From the NCBI RefSeq assembly GCF_037042905.1, contig NC_087251.1:32490001-32550000 (forward strand): a stretch of 60,000 nt of DNA, in the 5' to 3' direction. This DNA is from Lytechinus pictus (Eukaryota). Below are positions 13,752 through 27,000 of this stretch, piece after piece (position 1 is the stretch's first letter; every line of letters begins with the position of its first letter). Below the pieces are notes generated by a model. That model was not told the origin of the DNA. It saw nothing but the letters and a program-made list of their open reading frames with translations, and made no database searches. Both the position numbers and the translations under genes were made by a program.

Positions 13752-14392
13752 ATAAATTAAGTCAATATACAAAACATATTTCAACTCGGACATCGATCGA
13801 GCTTTTATTATTGTTTGATTTACAAACTGATTTGAAAAAAAATTGCTTTATAAAAAAAATCCGTTTTATGGTCTCAACATTTTCAGCTCGCGCTACGCGC
13901 TCGCATTATTTTATCTGTCAGGTACCGTACCTATCGTCTTCGCGAATTCCAAAAAGTTCTTTAAAAAAAATATCCCATTTCAGGTCTGGTTGCCAAAACG
14001 TATCAGCTAGTGCTGCGCGCTCGCATTTTGATTAATTTTATAACAAACTTCTTAAAATCCGAATTTCATGACAGTTTTTCAATGAAAAATTTCGGCTTGT
14101 GATTTGTGCTCGCATCAATTGTTAAAAATATATTTACCCGATAAATATATTTTTAACAATTGCATACTATTCATACAAAAGTGCTAAAAAATATCCAGTT
14201 TTCAGGCCTATAGGCCTTTTCGCGCTATATCATTAGGCATATTATTTTGATTAAAGAGGAATCCAGCCTTGATCATAAAATGTTGTTATAAGGGAACGGA
14301 GAAAAATGAATAAGACAGAATGGTGTAAGTTTGAGAGAAATCGGACAAGCAATGGCTGCGAGATCTCTAAGACTATTTCAAATTGGTATTTG

Positions 14393-14622
14393 CACTGCAA
14401 AAACTATGTGTAAGTTGATTTAACACTGACCAGCCCGGAATCTATATATGTCCATACCAGAGAAGTGTTAAACAACACCAGTTTCGTTACCTATACAACA
14501 CCAATTAGTATTAAAACAGCATCGGTTTGATTCCAAACTGGTGTTGTTTCAATACTTCTCTGGTGTGGACATAATTATAGATTCCGGGCTGGTGTTAAAT
14601 CAACACCGGAGTTTTTGCAGTG
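14393..14622. mobile_element. Palindromic CACTG-ended MITE (CACTA/EnSpm-like), 2-bp TSD
   Basis: TIR cactgcaaaaact / agtttttgcagtg, TG duplicated on both flanks, internal inverted symmetry. Confidence 0.8.
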
Positions 14623-14925
14623 TGGGTAAGTAAATAATGACAAGGGGCAATGACAACTTTCCCGTATAGGCCATGTACTTAATCATCAGGGATTTGAGAT
14701 TTTTCTCCTGATTGCCCTAGCTGGGACAGTAATCTAAATATATATAACCCAGGTAGTAGTATTGTTTTATGTCCTCATGAAGGAAAAATATAATTTAAAG
14801 TAAAACTTTTGAATAAAATGAAATTTTAGCCATTTGCCTTACAACACATTATGCAGCCAATTTTTACAACTTTTTAAAATGCATGACTTTCTTATTGTTT
14901 GTCCGATATTGCTCAAACTCTCACC

Positions 14926-16344
14926 CAGTGGCGTAACTACGGGGGGGCATGGGGGGGCACGTGCCCCCCCAATCGGCTGGCCAAAAAAAAAAAAAAAAAA
15001 AAACGGGGAAAAGGAGAAAAAGAGGGAGAAATGGAAAGAAACGTAGTGGGAAAGAAGAAATTATTGTTAATTATAATGTTATATTATATTATGATTATCT
15101 TATGTTATATTACATAAATAAATTATAACTTTATGAAACATAATTTGCACAGGGCCTAGTCTTCATTGTTCCTGGTGCTCGCATTGTCTGTTTAACAATA
15201 TATATAATCTTCTTGTACTAAAACCTCCCGTTTTCAAGTCAATACACACCAAATATATTTTCTTAGACTTCGAATTATTATTGTTTTATGTAGTGACATA
15301 TACTTTTTTTTCATGACTACTTAAAGTGATTGCCCGATTTTAAGGTCTTAATATAAACCATTTCCTGTCCGTACTTACGTTCGCATTCGTGGATTGGTGA
15401 GATATGTCTGTTCTTCATGAATTTTCTAAAATCAGTCCTTAAAATGTCCCTTTTTCTGATCTTAATGTAAAAAATTTCAGCTTGCGCTTCGCGCTCGCAT
15501 CATTTGGTTAGTGAAATACGCATATTTGGTCTTCGTGAGTTCCTAAAAGCAGGCCTTAGAATGCTCCTCTTCAGGTCTGAATTTCCTAAAGTTTCAGCTC
15601 GCGCTTCGCGCTCGCAATATTTGATTTCTGAGATGCGTATGATAATCATGATAACAATGACTACAAAAAGTGATTCATGTGTTTAGATGTAATTCTAACA
15701 AAATCAGCATTCGCTTGGCACTCGCATTAGATGACTATGGTGAGATATCTGTACTCTTAATGGAATCCTTTAAAAAAATAAATAGTCCTTATCCCTCTTT
15801 TGGGTCAATATATACAAAAATTTCAGCTCGTGCTTCGCGCTCGCATCATTTGGTTAGTGAACTACGTATGATCTACGTGAATTCCTACAAACAAGCCTTG
15901 AAATATCCCTCTTCAGGTCTGACTTTCCTAAATATTCAGCTCGCGCTTCGCGCTCGCAATATTTGATTAGTGAGATGCGTAAGTTAATCATGATTACAAT
16001 GACTACAAGTGATTCATGTGTTTAGATGTATATTATTCTAACAATATCAGCAAGCGCTTTGTACTCGCATTAGTTGACTATGGTGAGATATGTATACTCT
16101 TAATGCATTCCTAAAATATAGTCCTTAAAATGTCCGTTTGGGGTCAATATAGACAAAAATTTCAGCTCGCGCTTCGCGCTCGCATTATGTGATCAGTGAG
16201 ATACATATCCGTTTAATGACACTGTCCTTTAAATGTCCCTATTATGTCAGTATACCTAGCAACTGAGCGCGCTTCGCGCGCTCTATAAGTGACTCATAAT
16301 TTTTGCTGGTGCCCCCCAATGCCGTGACCCACGGTACGCCACTG
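14926..16344. mobile_element. Non-autonomous hAT-like element, 8-bp TSD
   Basis: TIR cagtggcgta / tacgccactg; perfect TSD ctctcacc (14918-14925, 16345-16352); internal repeats tttcagctcgcgcttcgcgctcgca. Confidence 0.9.
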
Positions 16345-16687
16345 CTCTCACCTATATATCAACTTGTCTGATATTTCTTTTTCTTCTCTAGAAACAGCAG
16401 AAACAAGCGAAGGTTTGAAGAAAATTAATCGAAGATTTTACAAGAGATTTCTTTTAGTTTGATATAGTGACGTCATATTCATGCTCATCGTGTTGGCCTA
16501 TAGGATTTTTAAAAAAATCAATGGAATGTCATTTTATTAAAAGTATGTTTTTATTGTACATTCGGTGTATTGACAGACAAAATCATTTCACATCAGTTCC
16601 TGAAAGAAAAGAAATTTTATTCAGCTGCTCGTATATTATTACGGCACAAATTAAAAACTTATAAATAAAAATGTGATAACTTTTTAA

Positions 16688-17440
16688 AGGGAAATCCAGC
16701 TTTGGTCATAAAAGGTTGTGTTGGAAGGACAAAAATAAATCAACCAGAATGATGGTGAAAGTTTGAAAGAAATCGGACAAGCAATAAGAAAGTTATGGCT
16801 GCTTTAAAATTGAGATCCCTGAGACTATGGAGATTTCAGCTTTGGTCATAAAAGGTTGTGTTGGAAGGACAAAAATAAATCAACCAGAATGATGGTGAAA
16901 GTTTGAAAGAAATCGGACAAGCAATAAGAAAGTTATGGCTGCTTTAAAATTGAGATCCCTGAGACTATGGAGATTTCAGATTGGCAACTGGGTAAGTAAA
17001 TAAGGGGCAAGGACAATTTTCCCATATAGGCGGCCATGTACTTAATTATCAGGGTATGTGGTTTTCTCCTAAGTATACCAATTCCCCTAGGGCAATAAAC
17101 TAAATATAACTTATAAAGTAGGCCTACATTGTTTTAGGTCCTGATTCTATGAAAGAAAAATACAATTTGAAGTAAAAGTTTTGCCGAATAAAATGAAAGT
17201 CATTTAATGTATTGGAGTACATAAAAGAGTAGTGCTTGCCTTACCTCACTATGCCATCACTGATATGCGGCCTATTTGAAGTCTCCATGGGTATAGTGAT
17301 TACCAATATAAAAATTTAGAAATTCATAACTTTCTTATTGTTTGTCCGATATTGTTCAAACTTTCACCTATCAACTTGTCTGATCGATTTTTCTATTTCC
17401 TCATATAAAAACTAGTTTTTATTTGGGTTCGGATTCCCCT
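16688..17440. mobile_element. TTAA-flanked Kolobok/T2-like MITE with an internal 140-bp tandem duplication
   Basis: ttaa|agggaaatcc ... ggattcccct|ttaa; 16700-16839 is identical to 16840-16979. Confidence 0.8.
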
Positions 17441-17849
17441 TTAATCTTTGATAGATTTTCATCAAACCATCACCTAAATTTTTATTATTTACCTGATATT
17501 TTTCAAATAATTTTTCGACAGGATGAACTTCTCCCAAACTACCCTTTAAATGGAATATTACCTACTACTGTTATAGGCCCGATACATGCAGGCCAAAATC
17601 AGCCTTTAGTAGTTATATGCTTGCAGCCATGGATCCACCTCTATGCTTGCAGCAGACATATTCCCTGCATTGCCGATTAATAATTGAAGTATTAATTAAT
17701 ATAAAAAAATATTATGAAAGATTAATTGTAATTTAACATGGTTTTATCATTATTTATTGTTTCTGATATTTATATTTTTTTTACAAAAATACATTATAAA
17801 TATGTGTTGAATTTATTTTTGTTTTCTGATTATGATGTGAGTGTCTGAT

Positions 17850-18330
17850 GAAGGCCGCAAACGCGCGAAAATTAAAAGAATTGTACGTAACATGCGATAG
17901 CCTTCTGGCCTGTCGATGCGAAGCGACGGATCGGACGGCCACTGCCACCCGTGGGCTGTCGGCTTCCTCTAGCTCTAGCTCTCGCGGTGCTACCGGTACC
18001 GGCGCGCGCGGCAGATCGTTGCGTACCATATGACGGAGCCCATGTCAAGAATGAACTACACTGCCTAGAATTTCTAGTCAACTCCTGTCGATTCTGCATC
18101 CCACGTTCATGACGTTCTAACTTGGCTGTTCCGTAAGTACCGGTATAGCTGCGTATGATGCGTAAAATAATGTGTAACGTCAGAATCTGCTGTAAAGTGT
18201 AAATTTGTGAAGCCTAAAAAAAAACTCTGTTTCAAAAAAGTCAACTCTGATCAAGCAAGCAAGCTCCGAGAGCGGCCCGCGGCGGGGACCGCGATCGCGG
18301 GGCGGAGCACGAATGCCACACTGAGCTCGG
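17850..18330 (+). promoter_or_regulatory. Putative EXO1 promoter and non-coding first exon
   Basis: CpG-rich island; E2F-type TTTTCGCGC (minus strand, 17863-17871); donor-like CC|gtaagt at 18133; the ATG exon has its own acceptor at 20814. Confidence 0.55.
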
Positions 18331-20842
18331 CTCAGTTAGATTTGAAAAAGTAATACTAATAGTACCGGTACTTACGGTATGGCAGTGTATCCTATTGCCG
18401 GACACCTTTATTTCAGTGCTTTAAAAATGACAACTAGAGGAAATACAGTCAAGAAAAATTCGCACTTGCTATTCTAAATATGAAAATTATAATATGAACA
18501 TGATAAAATTATTTTATATTATACAGTTATAAATATAATCTACCAACCAACCGTTTTCTTTGCATCGCACTTGCCGCATACTCCTCTGACTCTGTGAAAA
18601 ACAATCATTTTAAAGCGCGACAAATTACATCGTCATTCCGGACGGGTAAACATATTCTTGATTATAATGATGTAAGAAAGAATTTGTGTGATTTTTTTTC
18701 TTTTCATAATGTATCAATTATCATCATCATGACATGTCATGAGTAAATTCTAAGTTTTTGTTTGCTTTTTTATATTGAATCTGAGCAGAAGTGGGTACCG
18801 GTAATAAATTTGTGTTTGCTAACTAATCTTATTAATATTATTTATTTCTTTTTACCTGCATGTTCCATGGCACTTTCCAATATTCCAATAATATTCCAAT
18901 ATTATGCTCGTTCGTATCGTGATGCTCATCAAGTTCTGTCCATCGTCGACAGCTCTAATCATGGTAAACCTGTCCTTGTGCAAGGGTACCTTGCCTTGAG
19001 AACTAGCCGTCGACTACACCCACAATACACCACACCTAAACATTCGATCGAAGGAGTGGACAAGATTGAAATTCGGCAAATCAGGCCCATATTTCCGTCA
19101 GAAAATATTTCAATTGTTAATCCAAAACTATGTTATATGATATCTTAAGCATTTTCTGTCATTTAAAAGATAAATAGATCTAAGGTAAAGGTTTGATTTT
19201 TTTCGCCTTGTTTTTGCAATCTTGTTCTATTCATTGCAATCTTGTTCTATTCATTGCTCTGTGAAATTGAACTGCGGAAGCGAAGTACGGTACGAAATTG
19301 TTTTCGTACGCAGAATTATGCGCGTCCGGAATCATAATAGTGTCTGGTAATACAATACGTGACTATACGTTTAACTTTAAGAAAGACATTTCTGCAGAAT
19401 CACAATTGCATTAAGTAAAAAATAGAAGTACTGGTATATCTAAGCGTTGAAATTACACTAGTTCAAATCACAATCACATCATGATGAAACAGCCGTAGAC
19501 TCTTCTAACTTGTTAATATGTTTCTGCAGAATCAATTAATTATTCATGACTCATGATTTAATTTTTTTTCAATCATTCATGACATGTTCGAAAAAGGTTG
19601 AATACTAATAGATCTAGACTCTAGGTCTACTCTAACGCTAGACCTACATGTACGTCTAAACGAAACAGTGTGATTGGAATCATGGTTCTATGATATGTCA
19701 TTGTGTTGGCCTACTTCTGTGTTCATACCATACTGTATGCTGTCAGTCTTTGCTTTCACTTCACACAGTAGCTGTAGATCTACTATGTTGAAGATTGACA
19801 TGGTGTATCTTTTGCAATTTAACCCACATTAAAGTTGACCTAACTGCGCACTACGTTGCACACCAGTTGGCATGGCCTGAAGTGAGGGCGAAACGGCTTG
19901 AAGAGAGGGTTTACTTAACCCTGATTCTGCAGTTACCATGATTTATGGGGGGGTTTTAATCATACTAATGGATGCTTCTGAATGCAGGCTTAAGCCTCTG
20001 TATTCAACTCCAATTTCCTTCTCACTTTGTTGGCCAGATCAAGTCCTGCTGGGTCAACGTCAAAAATTGAACTTCACTGGTTCACATCTTCAATACAGTC
20101 CATTCTCGAAGCTATGGACACAGACTATTCCATGGTTTATTCTGATGTAAAACGATTTCTGACGTTTCTCAGTGACTGATCTTGGGATAAACAATTTTTT
20201 ATCATGACCTCTGGTAGGCCCATGCACCTCCATGTCCCAGATCTGGCACTACCTCCTGGTCATATCTATGAAATACATGTAACTTGTAAGTTTCATTGAT
20301 ATCCCCTTACACACAGCAGTATGTCAATGTAGGAAGTTTAAGTTGAATCAATCTTTGTTTGTATGGAAGTTTTTTCACCTCATCATGATTCAAGCGTATA
20401 AGATCGCATAATGCAGCCAAAGTGTTTTGGGGGGAGAGCAAGAGTTCAGAAAAACGGGGGTCTCATGCCTGGGGTTTAGACTTACAGTAGGCATGAGATG
20501 AGGCTTGGCATGTCCAACCCCAACGCAGTCATGTGAGAGTCGGCATTGCCAAGTCTTTTCATACCTTTGGTGTAGGCATTTGATGTTAAAAAGTTATTGA
20601 CCTCTTGTTGACTTCTCATGAAGGATTCTGGCACACTGTTTTAATGGCACTGTACAGCATTGGAACATGGACTTTTAGCTTATCTTTCATCTGGGTCAAA
20701 TTTCTCCTTTACCTGATCTGAATAAATATCTTTCATGGCCATGTTACAGGTTTCAGCTAATTTTATCGTTTATTTATTTATTTATTTTTTCCTTTCTCCA
20801 TATCATTATTCTAGGCGTCTGGTAACTGAATAAATATTGAGA

Positions 20843-21003
20843 ATGGGAATTCAGGGACTTCTCCCATTCTTGAAGGAGGCATCTGAGCCTATTCACATCA
20901 GGAAATACAAGGGGTATACCCTTGGTATTGATACATACTGCTGGATACATCGTGGAGCAGTAGCCTGTGCCACTCAGTTAGCTAAAGGAGATCCGGCTGA
21001 TCA
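20843..21003 (+). CDS. EXO1: EXO1 coding exon 1 ([14 protein letters not shown]...)
   Basis: XPG-N start motif, gtaagt donor; upstream acceptor ctag at 20811-20814. Confidence 0.95.
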
Positions 21004-24000
21004 GTAAGTTGTTTTTCATTTGGCATAGAGCAACATTCCTTGTCCTTCTTAACGCTTCTTTGCATTATTAAAAACCTTAATCTTTGTGAAATTTTGAAAA
21101 GAATTATTCTCAATCTTGGTTTTGTTAAGTTAAACAATTTTGAAAATGGATGTAACTTATGTATGGATGAGAAACGGGAGTTTGATTGAAATTTAAAAAT
21201 AAAAAGTTATTAATGCATACGATGTGGTGCATTATAAATACAATTATGCCACCAATATAGCAATAATATCCAAGTCCTTTGGAGGTGCATAGAGACGTCA
21301 TAATCATAATGTGATATGCGCTATAAAAGAACTGTTTCTTATTATCATTACAGCAATTAATTTGTGTATTATATTAGACAAATGATTGTAAATGATGGCA
21401 ATAACAAATACAATTTGTATTGCACAAAATCTCTCTCTGTAGATCGCTTAACTCTTACTCTGCCAGGCCCAATACCCCTCTACTGCCAGGGATATTCGAG
21501 GGAACCCTAAATTGACCGAAATGTGAGCAGCGACTGATTTTAAAACGGTCATAATTCTTTACCCGTACGTTGTATAATAAAACCTTCTACACATGAAATG
21601 ATGCATGGTTCATGGGCTTTATGGCCGTGTTATCATCTTTCATATTCGCGTTTGGAAAAATGGAGAAAAGATGTAATATTTTACATCGTTTTTTTTTTCA
21701 ATAAGTAAAACCTAGAAAATTAAGATTTCATGAACATTTCAAAGAGTAAATAACCTGTGGAATTGTAGAGATACCAAGAAATTAAGAAGATAAAATGAAA
21801 GTTTAATGTTTACCCTTTCAAATGACATATCTATTAATGAAATTGAACAAAAAGAAATAACGAAAAATAATGCTCTTTTGAATAAAATACTATTTTGCTA
21901 TTCAAGTTATTTCCTCTGAAGTACGGTAAAGCGACCTGTTCCAAAAAAGGGCATTGTCGCCGATCAAGTGACCAATCACAGCACAGCTGCGATCCCCACG
22001 CAAACACACACAATGATATATTAGAGCCATGTATCTTCAAAGTGCAGCCAACCGTACCCTTTCATTTGTGTAGTCTTCAAAATAAGACTGTAATTTTTAT
22101 TCGTAGTGGAACAAACAAAGTTATTGCCAGTCAGAAGGAGACAAAATATAAAAGAACTAAAGATGATATATTAAAATAAAGATAAAGAGGGGTCGGACAG
22201 ATTCAATACTTACAAGTTTGGGGTATAAAATCCCACAAAATAATATGGGCGTTCTTGGCAAAGTGCACAGAAGTAAGAAAAAAAAAGTTTATTTTTCGTG
22301 AATCAAAGAAGAGGGAATGCAAATCAGTTACAAACAAAAAAATCAATACAAATTTTCAAAAAGAAAATAGGCCTATTTGTTCTGTATTACTGGTCTGACC
22401 AAAGTAGCCACCTGTTAACATTCTACGTGACTACATTATTTTGGTCATGCCACCAAGTCATGAACAATAGATGCCCAGACTCTCTTTCATGAGGAATCTC
22501 TAATCCACGCTCCCTTCTGACCTATTATCTAGGAGAGTAATTTAGCACAGGATGTTCATAGAAATCGGGGCTCACGCGCGTCTTTTGATTTGACTTTTGA
22601 ATACTTTCACAGGTTCCGGTATTGATTTCTTATGGGTGACCCAGGTAAAGAGAAAACAATTTGCCCCCCTACAGAAAAATCCTGCATCCGCCCAGGGCCT
22701 CCCCAGCTCGTAGCACTATCCGTGGTAAAAGAAATAATTTGTTCAGATAACATAGTGTACAATAATATGCGTGGTATAAAGAAATGTAATATTCAACCCG
22801 TTATCATCGTTATCATTTTCATTTCTACTCTCTAAAGTCGTTTTAAAATCCCCTTGATAGTGACGTCAATGATGCAGCAACTAACAGGTCGGTCTGATCG
22901 GTTTTGTTAATGTATCCCTTTCTTTCTTTTCCTCAAAACATCTTGAGACGAATAAAGCGGTATTATTGGCCGTTTTAATTATCACATTTATTTGTTGTGC
23001 TTCTTCCTATTTTATTCGAGGAGAATATTGAACGATTCATATTTTTGTGAGAAGTTTGAATATGATATTGATAAGCATAACAATGTCAATCATTCTTTTT
23101 TTATGGTTTGGGCTACAAAAACACAAACGAATATGAACCGTTATTTACCTGATCTTAAGTTTATGAAGAGAGAGTTTGGCTGCAGAAGGAATGCAATTGA
23201 TATGATTACAACAATTATTTTTGAATAATAATCATAATGATGATGATGATGATTCTGATGGCAATAACATTAATAATAAGAAGGTGAAGGAGAATAATAA
23301 TGATAATAATAGCAATAACAATAATGATAATGATAATAGTAATACTAATAATGATAATAATAACAATAATAAATGAATAAATAAATAATGAGTGTGATGA
23401 TTGCAGTGCGATGAGAGTTGGAAATGACAGCCTTCTTTACTCATATATTTATAACGAGAACTATTTTGTGAGAATGCTAAAAAAACAAAGTATAAGACCT
23501 TTCCACACCCCCCCCCCTACCCCCAAAAAATCTCCCCCAAACCGTGCACATTTGCAGGCAGAAAAAAGCCTTGACACAAGAATACTACCATACCGGCCTG
23601 CAAAAGAACCGATCGATAGCTCATGAATATTCATAAAACAATAGCGAATGGGCGAGTAGCGTTGGGTGAGAGACATCGTACCGCTCTGTCATTGGTCAAT
23701 TCTGAGCTGAATGCCTTCGCACACTCGCCTTTGCTCTGCCCATAGAAGTACGTGTATTGCTACACACAACCTTTATATCACACGTGTCTATAGGGGAAAT
23801 CTTGATTCAGATCGCGGCAATACCCGAAATCAACTCTTCAAAATTATAGTGCAAAAATGCCATTTTACTCAAAAAATGTCTATGTAAACCACTTTTTTTT
23901 ATATAACAAAATCAATTGTGAATTCCTTGCCAATATAACAACATAAAAAACACAGAATATAGTGTTGATTTTCTGGCTGTAAAATTGGTTAAACAAAAAA

Positions 24001-27000
24001 AAGTTACTTGGGCAACTATAGCTGCCAGTGGCACTAGAGGGCTATGGGCAACTATAGCTGCCAATGGCTCTTAAAGAGTTAAATGCATTTAAGTACATGT
24101 AGGCAAATTTTTTATTTTATTATACTTAAAACTGCAATTTAAATGTGAGGGTGTATAACCAGCATCCAGTCCTTCAAATTGATTTTAATTTATATTTTCC
24201 TCTAGTTTTGTAAGATATTGCTTGAAGTATGTTAACATGCTGAGGGCGCTAGACATCAAACCAGTCATGGTGTTTGACGGAAGGAATCTACCGGCAAAAG
24301 CTGCCGTTGAAGACAGCAGAAGAGAGTAAGTTCGTAGTAATGCTCTTGTATATTCTGTTTATACATTTTTTTTTTTTTTTTTGGCGTGGTACATTTCCAT
24401 ACTTTATTCTCCATTTTATCCCTCCTTTTACATATTCTTGTTAAGGATTGTTTCATACTGATCTTTCACAAAAAAGGTAGATTAATCATGACATATTTCA
24501 ATTCAAACATCCTTTGTACCAGTACCAGAGATACCAACTGCTTTGTTGTTTTTGTTCTTTGGCCAGTTATATAAAGGACCTATGGTTTTGTTACATTGAC
24601 AAAAGACTGTTCACCATAATTGCAATGCAAGGTAATAGTAATCATTAGTTCTAATTATTTAGTGGACCTTGTAAAAATACTGAATTCCTAATTTGTTTAA
24701 CAGTGTATGTCTATTATTCACCCGAAATATGACTATTCATTGCTCAGAATAATATGATATATTTCAAAAGGATGCAAAGCATCTATTATTTACTGTTGTC
24801 TCAAATACTGAAATTTGTAATACTAAAATTTGTAATACTAGTGTTTTAATGTTCATTATTGATTATTACTATTTATTATGATTATCAAAAAAAAAACTTT
24901 AGATGTTGCATAGCAGTACTTTTATTTAAAATATCTAACATATTATATAGCAATAGGTAAAAAAAGTTTCCAGATGATAATTAACAGTCAATATTATTGA
25001 TTTTTTTTCTTAGACGACGAGAGACATACAGTCGAAAGGGACGTCAGTTCTTGAGAGAAGGGAAGGCCAGTGAAGCAAGGGATTGTTTTGTGAAATGCAT
25101 CAATGTTACACCAGAGATGGCTTTGGATGTAATGAAGGTATAAATATTACACTCATCTGGGTCCTGTAACGCAAAGGTTTGCGATTAATCGTAGACTTGA
25201 TTTTCACGTTTATTTGTACATTGTAGTCAATGCAATCAATCGTTAAAAGATGTTCTACGATAATTGCTAAAGCTTTGTGTTACAGACCCGTGTTCTTGTC
25301 TTCTTAGATCTGTCTTGTTATTAGGTAGCTTGTTTGATGAGTATTAACTCTACTTTTCACTGAGGTTCAATTGAATTTCTCACATCTGAATGGCTTAACA
25401 TAATTTCGTCAGTAATATGTGATGTGAAGACTTCTTGGGATGTCATTATTTTTCAGTAAATCTGGCATCTCTTGGAACATGTCTTCTTAAATCTCATTGT
25501 TATCTCTAGAATTTTCTGAAGAAGTCTGATTGAATTCTCCATACCTGAGACCGAGTGGCATCGGCTTTTGGCACACACTAGTCATTAGGATGAGATATAA
25601 CACTTCCTAGAAATCTGATATCTCTCAGGACATTTTTTATTTCTCAAATTTTAAAAGGACTATAATATACAGCATATGAAGTATGCCTTCTATTTAGTCA
25701 CCTATTCAGATGCACAGAGGAAAGATATAATGAAGAATCTGATTATTTGAAATATGAGAATAAACATGTTTAATGATATTATTATTGTAATGTATCGTAC
25801 AGAGCATGACTTAAAACAAAAGCAATGAGTTGCATTGTAAGCCAAATTGCTGGTGGAATAAAATAATAAGTTCCAGATCTTTTCCAGGAAACAGAGTCAT
25901 TACAATATTTTGAAGAAAATAATAGGTTTTTGGAAGCACGACATCACATGCTGAACTTATTTCTTTTAGATATTTCAGATTTCAGTATGCAAACTACAGA
26001 TGATGTTTGTAAAGAGTTTTTATCTGTCACTTGATTGTTTGAAACAGGCGGTAAGGAGCTTCGGTGTAGACTGCATTGTAGCTCCTTACGAGGCCGATGC
26101 ACAACTGGCCTACCTTGAGAAACATGGCTTTGTTCAGGCTGTCATTACAGAAGACTCGGATCTCATTGCGTTTGGCTGTAAGAAGGTAGGCAATTTCTTT
26201 CCATAAACCAGGTTGGCGTATTCCCGGAAGTTTAGGTATTCCCCGCCCAGTGGCGAATGTTGGGAAGTAATTAGATGTTGGTTAGATAATTGGCGGGAGT
26301 GGACACACTTTTTGATATCCTTTTGATGAGGATTTAGAGTGGGTAAGGTGTATGCACATTGGGACTTACGATTTGTGGCTTAAGACCTCTTGAACGCAAA
26401 ATCAAGTGTTTTTGAAGACCTCCATAACATATGAACACCGGTTGCTTTATGCTAACAAGTTACACGAAAAGACAAAACTAGGATACCTTGAATTCTGTTT
26501 TGCAACTGAGATTGATTTATTATAATGAATGGACAAAGGTACCTATAGGCCAAATTTCTTTATGAATGCCATCCAGGGTAAATATTTGCAAGCAGGTTGT
26601 AAAGGCTCTATTTTTTTTCTATCTTGTGCAAAAACAATTAATTCCCCCCCCCCTTTGTCTAATCCGTAGGTCATCGTCAAGCTAGACTTGGCAGGTAACT
26701 GCATGGAAGTAGACTCCTCGCGCCTCAATATAGCCATGAAGGTCGGAGAGAAATTCACACCTGAGAAGTTCCGCTATATGTGTATCGTTGCTGGTTGCGA
26801 CTACCTGGCGTCGCTGCCAGGGATAGGTATCGGCAAGGCACGGAAACTCTTCCAGCTGACAGTAAACCCTGATATTAAACAGGTAAAAATGTGCATTATC
26901 ACAAAAAATCTGTAAGAAAGATGTACTCAGTCTTGCACATACCAATAAACTGACAGTAGAAGCATATCATCTGTTTAGACATTTTCAGTAAGGCCGAGAT

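Larger units (their letters stand above)
14255..16400. mobile_element. TTAA-flanked (Kolobok/T2-like) MITE interrupted by two insertions
   Basis: ttaaagaggaatccagc start; colinear with the copy at 16688-17440 once 14393-14622 and 14926-16344 are removed. Confidence 0.7.

Noticed and set aside
15470..16285. Regularly spaced palindromic repeats (tttcagctcgcgcttcgcgctcgca) resembling a CRISPR array
   Set aside because: The spacers are themselves related, the repeats lie inside a TSD-flanked hAT-like element, the context is eukaryotic, and there are no cas genes.
18762..19148. 128-aa ORF in the EXO1 5' intron
   Set aside because: No recognisable domain, non-ATG start; may lie in a degenerate TIR element (about 18383-19360).
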